Positions 1-14,385 of a stretch of 64,000 nucleotides of DNA are shown one piece after another (position 1 is the stretch's first letter; every line of letters starts with the position of its first letter). This DNA comes from Octopus vulgaris (Eukaryota): positions 131,936,001 through 132,000,000 of the forward strand of contig OX597818.1 of the NCBI GenBank assembly GCA_951406725.2, read 5' to 3'. The notes below the pieces were generated by a model that ran no database searches, was not told the origin of the DNA, and worked only from the letters and a program-made list of their open reading frames with translations. A program made the position numbers and the translations under genes.

Positions 1-329
1 TTAATGTCAGTAAAGTAGATCTCAGTCTCTTCTGAAACAGCTAAAAGCCAAGATTTATGTACAAAATATGTTTGATAATTACTGTTAGCTTTTAATATAA
101 AATAATTGTGAAAGAAAAGAAAGAAACATATAGGACTACTTTTCAATTGCTTGTTTTTCATTATTTAATTTCATTAGTAGTCTTTCTGGGCACTTTTAGA
201 TTGATTTATAGGGATAAAAGAATGAGGTTATTACAATTGACATTCTGTTTAAATTGCTGTACATTGGCGAAAAAGGGAAAATAGTAGAAAGGGAGTTACT
301 AGTTGATGCATTTAAAAAAAAAATTAAGT

Positions 330-800
330 CAAGTGGAAAAGACAGTGTCTATGACCTTTGAAGGCTTTCTGATCCTGGTAAGGCCAATATGGTTGATATC
401 TATTTTGAGTACTTCTAAGAAGGGAATTCCATAGAGTTGATATCCTGTGATGGGAAAAGGTTTGAGCTCTGAGGAATGGTTAAGAGGTAACGGTGACAAG
501 AAAAGGAATGACATATAGGTCCAATGGGCTTGAATGGAAGTGGTGTGCACTAGTTGGTCTTAAGGAGCAGAAGTTGTTGTAGCAGCACTAGAATGCAGAG
601 CAAGGGCCAGTAGGCCAAAGAACTAGAGGATGCAGTGTTGGAGAGAGAGTCTTTGCTATTCCATCAGACAGCTTCTTTTTGGATGTGGTCTAGAAGAGTT
701 GTGTACATATCAGCAGTATATGTGAAAACAGTATTCCACTATGGGTCTCATATGAGCTTTGTAGAGAGTTAGTAACAGTTCACAGCTGAAATATTTTTTT
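330..800 (-). mobile_element. Decayed CR1/Crack-like LINE fragment (RT C-terminal region)
   Basis: Minus strand near 790-660 translates LLLTLYKAHMRPIVEYCFHIY..LLDHIQKEA, matching the LYK..RP.LEY...LD.IQ motif of CR1-group ORF2; contains stops. Confidence 0.6.
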
Positions 801-953
801 CACCCTTCATTATGAAGTAGCAATAAAAGATCTTTGGTGCAAGCAGAACAAAATATTTATTTCTATTGTTACGATCAGGCAAATTCTTATGTATAAAAGG
901 GGTGAACTTCTGAACGCAACAACAGAAATTGTACAATCAGTGAATTAATATTC

Positions 954-1458
954 AAAGATGAAATTATGTAACAAATGTATAATACCCAAAAAATTTCATG
1001 TCTAGTCCTCGATTGTTCAAAGGTAGTTGGTAAATGGTTTGATCCATATGCAGCTCTCTCTCGTATTTTATGCTATCCACACAATGCTGTTGCTGTATTC
1101 TGAACTCTCCCCTGTTCCATTCTCCTTTTCTCTTTTTAACAGGAAGTAAACGAGATTACCTTTCTCATTCATTAACAGGAAGTAAGCAAGATTACCTGTC
1201 CCGTTTCTTAACAAGAAGTAAATGAAATTACCTGTCTTGTTCCTTCCTGTTAACGAATGAGACAGGTAATCTCATTTACTTCCTGTTAAAAAGAGAAAAG
1301 GAAAAATCGAACGGGGGAGAGTTCAGAATACAGCAACGGCATTGCATGGATAGTACAAAATATGAGAGAGAGCTGCATACAGATCGAACCGTTTACCACG
1401 TACCTTTGAACAATCGAAGACTGGACATGAAATTCTTTTGTTACATAATTTTATCTTT
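954..1458. repeat. Long inverted repeat / foldback element (arms ~954-1182 and ~1243-1458)
   Basis: Arms are imperfect reverse complements (e.g. gctgtattctgaactctcccc / ggggagagttcagaatacagc); three tandem ~36-bp units (ttaacaggaagtaaa..attacctgtc) in the centre. Confidence 0.85.
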
Positions 1459-2200
1459 CCTTGCTCACTTCCTGTATGTATGTATATATATATACATACC
1501 TATGTCATTTCAACTCTGCCAAAAAAGTTGTTATATATCTCTCTTCGCAAACGCTTATCTCTCCTCATTCATAAAACATTGTAAGTTCACTTCCTTCATC
1601 ATATTTTCTCATTATTTGCACTGATTATAGATATACATAGCACAATGTCTGAAGAATATACATTTTCAGCAAGAATCAATGTACTCCTGGTTTAGAAGCC
1701 AGCAATATAATTATAAGTTAATTATAAGATGAAAGTGAAAGTAGATAAGAAAAATGAAATAGTAAAGCATAAAATAAGGTAGAAAGCACAAGTCATCTGT
1801 TAAGATCGTCAGATTGTAAGAAAAGTATAATGTTTATTGACTCACAAAATAACACTGAAATCAACTACTACAAGATACACCAGATACATGAAATTACAAG
1901 CTGTTAAATTGCTAAGGTTGCAGAAAGATTTTTTTTCAGCATAACTCAAAAGTTGGACTACATAGAATGTTGCTTGGGTCTGTACCAAGAAATAGAACAA
2001 CAGATTGTTTTATGATGGAAAAATTGTAAAAGAAAATTCTAGCTAAATCCATAAAATTACATTGAAATTGCCAAACTTCAAAACTATGGAGACTGGGCTT
2101 GAGACAAATGATGTGGAGCTGTACTAGAAGCCAAGATCATAGTACTAGTTAGTGACAGAGTTGACAAACTTTTGGGAAACAGAATTGGTATGCAGAAAGG

Positions 2201-2840
2201 ATCATCATCGTTTAACGTCTGCTTTCCATGCTAGCATGGGTTGGACGGTTCAACTGGGGTCTGGCAAGCTCGAAGGCTGCACCAGGCCAGTCAGATCTGG
2301 CAGTATTTCTACAGCTGGATGCCCTTCCTAATGCCAACCACTCCGAGAGTGTAGTGGGTGATTTTATGTGCCACCGACACAGGTGCCAGACGAGGCTGGC
2401 AGACGGCCACACTCGGATGGTGTTTTTATGTGCCACCACCACAGGTGCCAGATGAGGCTGGCGAACAGCCATGCTCGGATGTTGTTTGTTACGTGCCCAC
2501 AGCACGGAGGCCAGTCAATGTGGTACTGGCTACGGTCACGTTCGGATGGTTTCCATTGATGTTCATCTATTTTTATTTGGTTTGATTTGATTTCATTTTG
2601 ATTTTGATTTTGATTTTCACTTGCCTCAACAGGTCTTCACAAGTGTCACAAGGAGGAAGGTATGCACAGGTGGACTGACTACGTCCCAGGTAGGGGCCAC
2701 GGGTTATGGCTTCACTAGTCTTGTCGGGTCTTCTCACGCACAGCATACTTCCATAGGTCTCGGTCTCTCGTCATTTCCATGGTGAGACCTAACGTTCGAA
2801 GGTCGTGCATCACCACCTCGTCCCAGGTTTTCCTAGGTCT
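2201..2840 (-). mobile_element. RTE-clade LINE 3' end (ORF C-terminus plus 3' UTR with internal ~50-bp tandem units)
   Basis: Minus strand 2840-2720 translates RPRKTWDEVVMHDLRTLGLTMEMTRDRDLWKYAV (RTE-type C-terminus); ends in gacgttaaacgatgatga tail. Confidence 0.75.
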
Positions 2841-2999
2841 GTAAATGCAAATTCAATGCTAAAAATCAATGCAAGACAGTGACCCACTAAAATAGAACAT
2901 CATAGAGAATGACAGGGAATCTACTATTCAGAAAAACCAGGTGCACTAAAATGAAAGTAGCTAACAATGAAAGTAATTATGAACTGTACTACTTTAATA

Positions 3000-3333
3000 A
3001 ACCACGTGTCGGTGGCACATAAAAAGCACCATCCGAATCCTGGCTGAAGCCAGTGCCACCTCGACTGGCTTCCGTGCAGGTGGCACGTAAAATGCACCAA
3101 TCCGACCATGGCCGATGCCAGCTTCGCCTGGCACCAGTGCAGGAGGCACATAAAAAGCACCCACTACACTCACGGAGTGGTTGGCGTTAGAAAGGGCATC
3201 CAGTTGTAGAAACATTGCCAGATAAGACCGGAGCCTGGTGCAGCCTTCTGGCTTCCCAGATCCCCGGTCGAACCGTCCAACCCATGTTAGCATGGAGAAT
3301 GGACGTTAAACGATGATGATGATGATGATGATG
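3000..3333 (+). mobile_element. Second copy of the RTE-type 3' UTR, with (GAT)n tail
   Basis: ccaacccatgttagcatggagaatggacgttaaac(gat)n; reverse-complement match to 2201-2520. Confidence 0.75.
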
Positions 3334-6099
3334 AAATAGATTGCTTCATATGTGTAAAAATATGATCTGCAGAGAGGCTGAAGACAGAGAAGCTAAGGTT
3401 GATGTTTAGCACTAGATCAACTCTGAGTGAGGAGATCTATCATCAAAAACATTTCAGTTACAACAAACCTAACTCTTGACATTTTTTAAAACCATAGCAA
3501 TATATTTTGGACTCCAATGTGTTTTAACATTTCTTAAAGATATAATATGTAATATGAGGGATATCTGGTTACGATTTCAAGCAGATTGAGTAACCACATA
3601 GCAACTTGAGTAAGTGCAAGAGCTTCTAAGGTTTCAAAGAAAGACAGATGCTTAAAGAACAATTTATATTGATAAAAAGAAATTTCTATTTCAGTAAAGA
3701 GAGAAATGCTAGAAAGCTTGTGAAGAATGATTTTCTGAAGTACCAACTCCACCAGCAAATGCCAATAATCTACAATGATATATTTCAAGAAATACACAGA
3801 GTAAATGAATTGAAAGTGATATAAGATATTAAAGATGTGTACAATTGAAATAGGAACGTAAGATTTAGGGTTGATCAAACAAGATGAAGTAAACAAGAAG
3901 TAGTTGATTTGCATAGAAAGTTACATCTCATTGAAAAGATGAGTCATATTTGAAGTATAAAAAGAGGCATACAAATGTCTCCAATATTGTTCATAAGGGG
4001 GCAATTACAATGATATTGACTGTGAATCTGACAAGAATAACCAAAACGGTTATGATAAAATATTGTCTTGGAAATTAAGCATTTTTTATGTCTGCTTTTC
4101 TTGATGGCATGGGTTGGTTAGGTTGTCACAGGCCAAGTTGCTTTCCACTAGGAGCTACTAATTCTAAAGACTAGAGGTATCATTTGGCTTTGTTTCTACA
4201 CAACTGGATGCCATTCTTAATGCCAACCACTTTACAGAGTGGACTGGTTGCATTTTCTTGTAGCACCAACACAAAGAAGTTGAATAGTTCTCAGTAAAAC
4301 AAGAGTAGCGGGACCATGAAACCTAACAATTCCTCTGCTTGCTTAGCCACCCAATTGATATTATGAACAAAGCCAACTGAAGTAGACCATGAACAATATG
4401 GTTGGATGTTATCCATAGCTTCATTTAGTCTATTGGGAAGCCAGCTGGAACCTGTGTAGACAGTTGCTTCTGATAGGACTGTCTAAAGTCTATGTCTAAG
4501 AATTCTGACCCCCCCACTTACCCTTCCGATACTCACAGGAATAGCGTGCTATGAAGATGGATGGATACATCTGCAAAATTTTTATAACAAATGGTCTCTT
4601 GCACTATCATTGGAATCCAAGATCAGTTGTATAAGGAGACCTTCTGAAGAAGGCCTGAAAAGAAAATAACCATCTGTTATTTCATCCAATAAGGACATGA
4701 AGAAATTATTGTTCAGAATCTTTCTAATGCTGAAGACAAAATTCAAAAATATAAATGGAAAATATATGGAATTAGTTTTATTCTTTCTACAAAAGCCAAA
4801 TCAACAAATTTCTATAAAAGTAAGTATAATAATTTGACAGGAAAAAGGATTGGATATATTCAGTGGATTTTAACTTTTGAAATTAAGATTTATCTAACTA
4901 TATTGAATAACTAAACTATTAAAGAGTATGTATAAGTAATCTAAGTTAAATTTTTTTTTTCTTTAAATGGAAGTCTAATGATTTCTGCATTGCCATTAGC
5001 TTAAATAAATGTTCTATTTTGTTTGAAATGAGATTACAATCTAAGAAAAATATTCACAAGCACTAAAATAGAGAAATAAAAAGAAAGCAGTATTTTTGCC
5101 TCTAAATGTTAAAGGCGGAAGCTTAATGAACAGCCTTGTCTGGAATCAAACTGCATACAATCCCAGAATAAATTTATGATCATTGAAAAATCATATTCAA
5201 AAACTAAAATTATTTAAAAAATAAAAGAAGAATATGAAAGCAATCTATGACTAAGCAAAAGTTTTACTTTTTATGTGTGCAATAGCTGAAAATATTCAAA
5301 ACTAAAACTTGTATTGTCAAAGGTCATTCTAACTGGATGGAGGAGTATTATTACAGTGAGAAACATCTATCTGTATACATGAAAATAATTGGTCATATTT
5401 TTAGCATAAATTTAGTTTAGTAATCTTTAGTAAAGAAAAAGAAAATCACTGGAAATGAATATGAAATATAACAAACATAATGGCAAAGAAGTCAAAAGCG
5501 AAAATCTATGAAAAATATCAAGAATATACATTACAAGAGCTGAATCAAGATTTCAAGCTTTTGTTCATATTTCATAACAATTATTCTTTAGAAGTGTATT
5601 TTTTAATACTTTTCAAATGGATATATCACTGGTATGATATTTCTCTGGTTTACGGTATTAAACATTCGCATGTGATTATTATAATTATATAAATTCAATT
5701 GTATTCCCTCTAAATGTTATCAAAAGAAGGAATGTTTTACTTATTACCACTAAAGAATTCAATGTAAATGTAATCAGTCAAAAACCAGATAATTCTTATG
5801 TTCTTTGGTTAACAATAGTAATCTACATAGGAAGAGAGAATGAATAAATTATAATTATGTAGTTAATTAATTGATGAGATAATGACATTTCATGATAATG
5901 TTGACCACAAGTGATGGAGTAAGTACTTGAAGAACTTCATGCTTGTGCAAACTAATGAACATAGATATCAATTTTCTGAAATGTAAGACTTAACAAGTTA
6001 CATGTGTGGCCTTATCCTGTATTAATTAGAAAGATTGTCTCAGAAGTATTTATTTTCAGATGTCTTATTATGTAGCCTGTTTTCATATAAGAGAGATTG

Positions 6100-6400
6100 G
6101 AAAGGAGGAAGACAGATATCCTACCCCCAGGAGAGTCTAAGATTAGACAAAAGATGGTAAAGTGATTAAGACAGTAAAATCAGAGAAAGCAACAGGTTCT
6201 TCAGGGACAATTGCTGAAATGTTGAAAGCTTCAAGATAGATGAGAGAGAATAACAGTGGCCAACCAACTAGCAAATAAACATTTTATCTTTGACAGCAGA
6301 ACAGCATTCTTGCTAAATGACACAAAAGCAGCCACACAGAATATAGCAGCTTCAGAAGGTTTACTAAGTTTGATATAAAATGAGAGGTATGCAAGAATTC
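6100..6400 (+). mobile_element. Old RTE-like RT fragment
   Basis: Translates GKVIKTVKSEKATGSSGTIAEMLKA (KA.G.DG...E.LK motif upstream of RT). Confidence 0.45.
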
Positions 6401-6667
6401 AGTATTGTATAAAAAATGTAAATAACAGATGCACAAGAGGTTCAGTGAAATCTTAGAAAGACAGAGAAGAAATCAGAGTTTAGTGTAGTAAAGCAATGGC
6501 ATAAACAACCATAAAGTAATGAACAGGGTTTTCTCAGCTGTTCTAACAGTAATTTCTGATACCTAAATGGCATTTGTAGCTTTAGAATGCATAACAATAT
6601 AACATGTATCTGTAGTAACAAATGAGATAATTTGAAAGCAGAAGTTTATATATATAATTTGTATCTT

Positions 6668-7012
6668 TTATCTTTCACTTGTTTCAAACTGTGGCCAAGC
6701 TCGGACACTGCCTTGAATTTTTAGTTGAATGAATCAACCCCTAGTATTTATGTTACTGGTCTATTTTTCCTTTGCCAAACTGATGAATAAACACACCAGT
6801 TATCAAGCAATGAAGTGGGGGGGGGACAAATAAACACACACACAGACATGACAGGCTTCTTTCAGTTTCCATCTACCAAATCCACTCATGAGGCTTTGGT
6901 CAGCCCAAGGCTATAGTAGAAGATACTTGCCCAATGTGCCATTCAGTGAGACTGAACCCAGAATCATGTGGTTGGGAAGCAAGTTTCTAATCACACAGCC
7001 ATGCATGCACCT
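6668..7012 (-). mobile_element. SINE-A, decayed copy
   Basis: Similar to the other SINE-A copies, with many CpG to TpG/CpA changes. Confidence 0.8.
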
Positions 7013-7974
7013 GTGTAGATATATATAAATTTGATTATACATACATAATATTTTGGTGTTATGCTCTATATTAATTTTCATGTTTGAAATGAGTATATAA
7101 ATTTTGAACATGAAATTTGTGATTCACAGAGTATAGTAACTGAATTGTTAATAAACAAATAAATTCAAATGTAAAACAACAAAAGAATATATTTTTCTAC
7201 CATCCATATTTGAAATTGTATACTAACTACCAAGGGATGTTTTCACTTTCGAAGGGTGAAGTTTGATAATCTCAGTATTCCTATATATACTGTCAATACA
7301 TTGTGAGTGAGGGTTTGTATGTGTGCACACACTGTCTGTGTGAAAAAGAGAGAAAGGATTAGGTTAGAGACAAGTGTAAACAGAGAGAGTTAAAGAGAAA
7401 GAGGAAAAGAAAATGAAGGAGAAAAGACAATTTAATACCATAAACAGATGTTTCTGTACCTTACACTAACACTCCTACTCTACTACCACTCCATTATAAC
7501 TACCTGTCTTTCACTATCTCTTTTCTTGAATCTGCTCTATTTTACATCAGTGAATTTTTTTCCTTATGCATATCCTGACATAGTTTTACATTAATATGCA
7601 AAGTTTGAGTTAGATTCATTGAGAAACAAACCTTTTTTTTGTGTGTGTGCATGTGTGTGTGTGTGTGAAATGTTGACAATCAGGAAGGCTATCAGATAGA
7701 GAAGATAGACAAATTACTTTCATGAGCAGAAGATGAAACTAATATGTTATAAATTTTAACTTAGGAAGTGCAGGTCAAGTTCAAAGGTATAAAAAAATTT
7801 CAACAGAGATGCAAGGAATTTTGTAAATCAATAATTCTCTCAAACAGTTTTTGATAAATTTGTCTTTTCAGCAACATTCATTTTGGTAATTTCAATACAT
7901 TAACATAAACATTATATAAGCATAAAATAATCAACTAAAACATTAAGTTCTTTAGGTTTTCTAATGTATTTCAG

Positions 7975-8360
7975 CATAGGTGTAGGAGAGGCTGTGTGGT
8001 AAATAGCTTGCTTATGAACCAGATGGTGCCAGGTTCAGTCTCACTGCATGGCACTTTGAGTAAATGTCTTCTACTATAGCCTCGGGCTGACCAAAGCCTT
8101 GTGAGTGGATTTGGTAGATGGAAACTGTATATATATATATATGTGTGTATGTTTGTGTGTCCGTGTTCCTCCAACATCGCTTGACAACTGATGCTGGTGT
8201 TTTTACGCCCTCGTAACTTAGCAGTTCGGCAAAAGAGACCAATAGAAATAAGTACTAGGCTTACAAAGAATAAGTCCTGGGGTCAATTTGCTTGACTAAA
8301 GGCGGTGCTCCAGCATGGCCACAGTCAAATGACTGAAACAAGTAAAAGAGTAAAAGAGAG
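7975..8360 (+). mobile_element. SINE-A (tRNA-derived head, CORE-like segment, internal (TA)n(TG)n, GTAAAAGA tail)
   Basis: A box ggctgtgtggtaa, B box ggttcagtc, conserved 3' end gcggtgctccagcatggcc..gaaacaagtaaaagag. Confidence 0.85.
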
Positions 8361-11300
8361 AGAAAGAGTATAGGAGTTACATCTCATAATCTAAAAGACA
8401 TGTCCATTTTTATAGAAACTCATCTTCTTTAACAAGACTCCTCTAACAAACCTGTTATTGAATTCCTTCTTGAATTTGGTTGGTACCAATTTAAGTAGAG
8501 AAACTCTAAATTTATTAATAAATAACTATGATTTGCCAAAGCAGCATAAAAAGTAATTAAAAAATACAATTCTTTTATAAATATGATTCTTCTGAGGACA
8601 GCCTCCATTGAACAAAAAGTAAAGTTATCTAGGTGGATGTTTTGAAAGCTAGAGTTGTATTTTAAGAAATGACTGCATTCTATCAAGTTGATACTTATAT
8701 TTTAGGTTATGAGATCCTTATCAGGAAAGATTGCTCACTTAAGTCATAATAGAATGTTAACAAATACTGGTTCAAGATAATTCATAAGAACCATTTTGAA
8801 TCCTACATCTCTAACTTCAAAACTAACATCAGATTCATAAAGCTTGCATATAGATACCCTTCAGTGTATAACAATGTAATATTTCATTGAATTATTTAAA
8901 ATATCTGTTGTGATATTGTAAATATAAACATGCATCTATTTCATTGTAATTTATGCCACCCTTGCTTTTACATTATTTAACTTTGACTGAAAATTAGGCA
9001 TCAGCTTATTGCCATTAATTGAAAACAAACTATATAGAGGTAACTTTGATTGCTAATCATTTGGCAAAAGAGAGGCATGAAGGCACAATAATGGTGCTTA
9101 TGAAAAAAAAATTCTGAGGAAATTCCAAAAGAATGTAATTTTATAAATAAAATATATGAAGATTTGAGAAAATAAGTCAAATATTTATTCCATTGAAGGA
9201 AATTGGTTCAGAGAAGAATTAAAAGTAGCATTAATAAAACAAAAGAAATATGGAAGTGGTGACTGCTTTATTTCAAATCAGTCCTGGTTGATCAAAGGCA
9301 TTCCAACCATGACTATCCCATTTTCTGTTCAGGCATAGCATATCTAGGACTATATTACATAATGTATCTTTTTTAAAATAACAGTTTACAATTTTAGTAA
9401 AATTTAGCTATTATTTCAAGCAGGTCAAGCAACCACATAGAGGTATCCTTGCTGACTCAAGTGGTTGTTGTTTATTTATATCTAAGTAGATCTATGATAA
9501 AAAGGCTTCTCAGCAATTACCATCTCATCTTTTTGTGTATCTAACATGCTATAACATTTTAAAGGCAATAGACAAGGAAAAATTTGGTTGCTATTTCTAG
9601 CTATTGGAATCACCATGTAGACATTGTTTCTTGCTGGTAAGCAGAAGGTTTTAACTATTGCAATTTTGACATCTTTTCTGCTTTACCTTCAGCCTCTCAT
9701 TTCTGCATCCAAATCTGTTTCATTTATCTTTGTAAGTTTACTATTATGGGGGAAAGGAATGATGCAGATGGGCAAGTGCAGAAACTGTTGCATGCAGAGC
9801 AACTACTTCTCTCTAAACTAACTGGTACAGTAACTAGTAGCATAATCCTGGAAAATCAAAGAAATTTACTGTCTTCACCTGATGTCCATCACCATACTTT
9901 GGTATGAACACCTGATTTCCTGGTCATCAATATAATTTCTAAGCATTTAAATTTAATGCTTTTCTTAAATCAAGTTTTAATTTTTTATTATATAATATCC
10001 TTTCAACTGTAAAGTTATTGTGTAACAGCCATATTTCATAAAATTTTCATAAGCAAATTTTTATGTTAAACCTAGCAAAAAAAGATGCATGCCAACTTAC
10101 AATTCTTTGAGCATTAGCATATAAAACATTTTCTTTATATTTGATAGTTAAAAATTAAGTTAGTTTTCATTTTATTTTATATGATGTAATTAATGTGCTC
10201 CAATCCTTTAATAATATCAAGTATTGAGATTTAACTATTCACAGAACATTTATGTGATGGAAAGTGGAGAGTTATAACTTTTATATTCTCAGAAACAGAA
10301 AGAAAATCTCAAAATATTTTAAGAGAGCGAGTTTTAAAATGCTGTGTTATTTAACATAGTCATACTTTATCATTGTTTCTATTTTTTAGCTTCTTTTTCT
10401 TTTTTTCTTTTTATTCCTTCTAAACCAATATTTTCAATGCATAGCTTCAGCAAATAAAAATTTAACTATGAATATTTACTTATATCTTTGGCGTCAATCA
10501 ACTTTCAACAAATATCAATCAACTAGAAATGCATCAATTACTTGGCACTCAATAAATTCAATTAACCAATAAACATCAAGTTTTAAACATTAAAGAATGT
10601 TATTATAGGAAAGAAAATGGAAGTAGTTTAACTTTTTTTTATTAATTTACTCAATGCAATTTTAAAGAATTAATTTTCATAGATAACAGCATGTTAATAT
10701 GATTATTCAAGTAAATAATAAGATTCAAACACTGCCAGATATTTTAAATGCTTTTGGAATAGGACTTTTATAAACAATGAAATTTTGTAATTTTTATTAG
10801 TTTGCTTATATTCCAAATGAGGTCATACTTAGATTGTTAAAAATCTGTATAGACTACTTCAAGAAGAACTGATAAAGAATACCCATTAGCACAATTTTAT
10901 TGTCGAACATATTAGATCACTGACTAATATAGATGATGCGGGCCTAATCAATTTACTGTTTTATTTTTGGTTATTGTTTAAATCATAAATATTGTTGAAG
11001 TTAATTAACTGATAACATCCTATAAAAATATTTTTCCATGAAAAAATAAATTAGAATCTTCATAAGTAATTCAGTCAAGTAATAGCGATATGTAAATCAA
11101 TTATTTAATTTACCTAATTAAATAGTTTATTCCCTTAAAAACTAATGTGCACATGTGTGAACTAGAAAGTCATTTACAGATTACTTTTACATACACATAT
11201 AATAGCGTTATCATTCAAGCATTTCATAAAAGCATTTATTTCAAGAATTGTAAGCTACATTTCAATTATGAAGAAAATAAATCAAACTGGAAACTATCTA

Positions 11301-13989
11301 GAATTGTGTTTTGTTTTGTTAAGAGAGATAGCCAATTTAAGTTTTAATTTTTATCATATCACTGAATTCTAAGTTTTATTTTGCATTATTGATTTTAAAT
11401 CAAGAGCATATCTAATAGGTAACACAAATTTCTAATATTCCTTTGATAGTAATTCAAACAAAAACAAACAAAAGACTAATTTCTATATTACCTAAAATTT
11501 AAAAACGTAAACATTCTGATAACGACTTTCACTTTATTGAATATAACAATTATGTTATCAAGCCACTGAGATTTGGTGACAAAAATGGTAGCTTTCTTAC
11601 ACCAGCTAAAAATTTATTAAAATGAAATTGCAAAAGCTATTTTATAGGTTATGCACTCCCCTCGCAATCAACTCAACTCACAACTGTGCAATCACTGCCT
11701 TATCTCATCTCTGCTCTTTAGTTTACCACCCGATACTATCATTGCTCAAAATCTTTCTATGTAGTTTGTGTCATCTGTTTATCATAGCAACACTATAATC
11801 AATTCATTGGCCTTAATTTGGATGCACCTAAATATACTGCAACTCAGCCTACATTTTCTTTTCACAAACACTCTCTGAAAGACTACCTTCATAACAATCC
11901 TTTATCTTTACCAGAGATCAAAAGAATTGATTGTAATTTTTAATGTAATGTAACATTAAAAATTAAAAAGGTTCATCCTTCATTTTTAATTTAAGGTTTA
12001 ACTTTATTCTTTGATGTCAACTTATGGAAATGGACTGAAGTGCTTGAGAATCATTCAGTCAACAACATCAGAGCTTAGAGAATTGGGATAACTCCCAAAT
12101 TATACAATGATCTTTTGGGCAATATGGATTATTTAAATTGCTATAAATTATAAATTTAGCTAGCATCTTTCAAAAGTAAAATTAAACAAGACTGTTTGAC
12201 TGCATCATTATATTTACATTATTTAATTTGATAAATCTTTCTCAATTCAATTTACTTTAACATATAATCTTGAAGTACATTTTCTTTGCTAATTTCATCA
12301 TTAATATTAAATGACAGAGATCAACATCTGAAAAGTAGAAATTTTAACTGATTTTCTTTTAAAACTTAAAAACATACAGTTTTAACAAGTAACTCCTAAG
12401 AAAAAATCTGTATAAACTTCAAAATATATGAAATACACACACACACACACGTATACTGAAATTGAATTGTTCTGTTAATTCAAAATATTTTAGAATTCCA
12501 ACAACTATATTACCTTTAAAATTTTTTCATATTGACAAAAATACGAAAAAAAATTGCAAAAGTAGATAAATTCTTTACAAAAGAAATTAGGATAATATAA
12601 GTGATTTAGAAGGGTGAATTTAAAGACAGTATGAAAGAATTAGTAGTTGAAAAATAAGGAATTCAGTGGTTTATAAAGGTATTAAAAGTTAAGATTAATC
12701 AGAGGTTAAGATATAAAAGCTCTATTAAGATTGCAAATATAGCCATGTCAGCTACACTAATGATTTGCTTAAAACAAGAGTTTTAGGAAAAAATAGAGAA
12801 CAACAAAAGCATAAAAATATATACTTGGAAAAAATTTAATGACAATTTGACTGACAGATATCAGAAATTATGAAATTAAGTCGTTAAAGTTCATATATTT
12901 TTTCATCAAGTATTTTAAATCATAACATATTTGAGCTGGGTATTGTTGAATTTAGAACTAAGAGAATGACAAATTTTATCCAGCATATTGAATGGAATGA
13001 AAAAAAACAAGCTCACTTTGAAAATCTTAATGATTTTCATTTTTTGTTCCAATAATATAACAGAAATAAGTTATCAATATTTTTCAATCATTAAAAAATA
13101 TTTCAGATTCTGTTTATAAAATTACAATTAATAAAGTATTAAGTGTTGAAATATTCAGTGCAATGTCAATAAAAACAATATCCAGGTTGTTGATGATTTG
13201 ACAATTATTTGCAAAATCATTAGCAAAGATTTTATTTGTTATTTTTGCACTTTAATCCTATTTTACACAATTTATTGAAAAGAAACAAAAAACAAGTTTT
13301 GGAAGGGTATAAATTTATGTGTCTTACACAATGATTGGTAAAATATTCAACAGCAGAATACTCGGAGTTCCAGTCTCCTAAGAGAAGTTATAATTCCAAT
13401 ACTATCCATTGAAAAACTTACAAGTTTATTTTATAATTTCAGATGTACATTAAGAAGACAAGCAAAAACATGTGATGTGCAACTACCACTAGATTAAAAC
13501 CAACTGGTACCCTAAGCCAGTGGTCATCAGTCTTTGTGACACTGTGGTACACTAGACATTGAATCACATAGAAAGTCTACAATTAGTGGAACACTTTGCA
13601 TGGAGAGTTTTAAACTACTGGCACACTTCACATGGAAAGATAATAAGTTATAAAAACATATAGAAACTATCATTCACTTAGTTTTATTGTTGTTTTAGCA
13701 GATGTTTTAAGGCACTCACACAAACATCAATATGGATTTTCTGAAGCCTTAAAATATATATTTTAAAATCCACAGCAGTTTACGAACCAATGACCTAAAC
13801 ACGTGCCAATAATGATGCCCCTTAACTTTCCCATTGCCCAACAGTCAAGATATCAAGACATGCACACTAATTTGTTAAATAACAGATTCAAAGTTCAGTT
13901 TTGCACATTCAGATTATCATGCCAGGCCTGCCTCTATAACTACAAATATAGCCTACTATTTTAAACATATAATACTAAGCAGCAATAAC

Positions 13990-14385
13990 TCTTTCACTCT
14001 TTTACTCTTTTACTTGTTTCAGTCATTTGACTGCAGCCATGCTGGAGCACCGCCTTTAGTCGAGCAAATCGACCCCAGGACTTATTCTTTGTAAGCCCAG
14101 TACTTATTCTATCGGTCTCTTTTGCCGAACCGCTAAGTGACGGGGACGTAAACACAGCAGCATCGGTTGTCAAGCAATGCTAGGGGGACAAACACACACA
14201 CATATATATATATACATATATACGACAGGCTTCTTTCAGTTTCCGTCTACCAAATCCACTCACAAGGTATTGGTCGGCCCGGGGCTATAGCAGAAGACAC
14301 TTGCCCAAGATGCCACGCAGTGGGACTGAACCCGGAACCATGTGGTTGGTTAGCAAGCTACTTACCACACAGCCACTCCTGCGCC
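13990..14385 (-). mobile_element. SINE-A, full length
   Basis: Reverse complement of the family consensus ggcgcaggagtggctgtgtgg...aagtaaaagag. Confidence 0.9.

Noticed and set aside
2360-2560. Regularly spaced repeats resembling a CRISPR array (also the SINE-B arrays)
   Set aside because: Whole units are homologous with no unique spacers; eukaryotic TE context and no cas genes.
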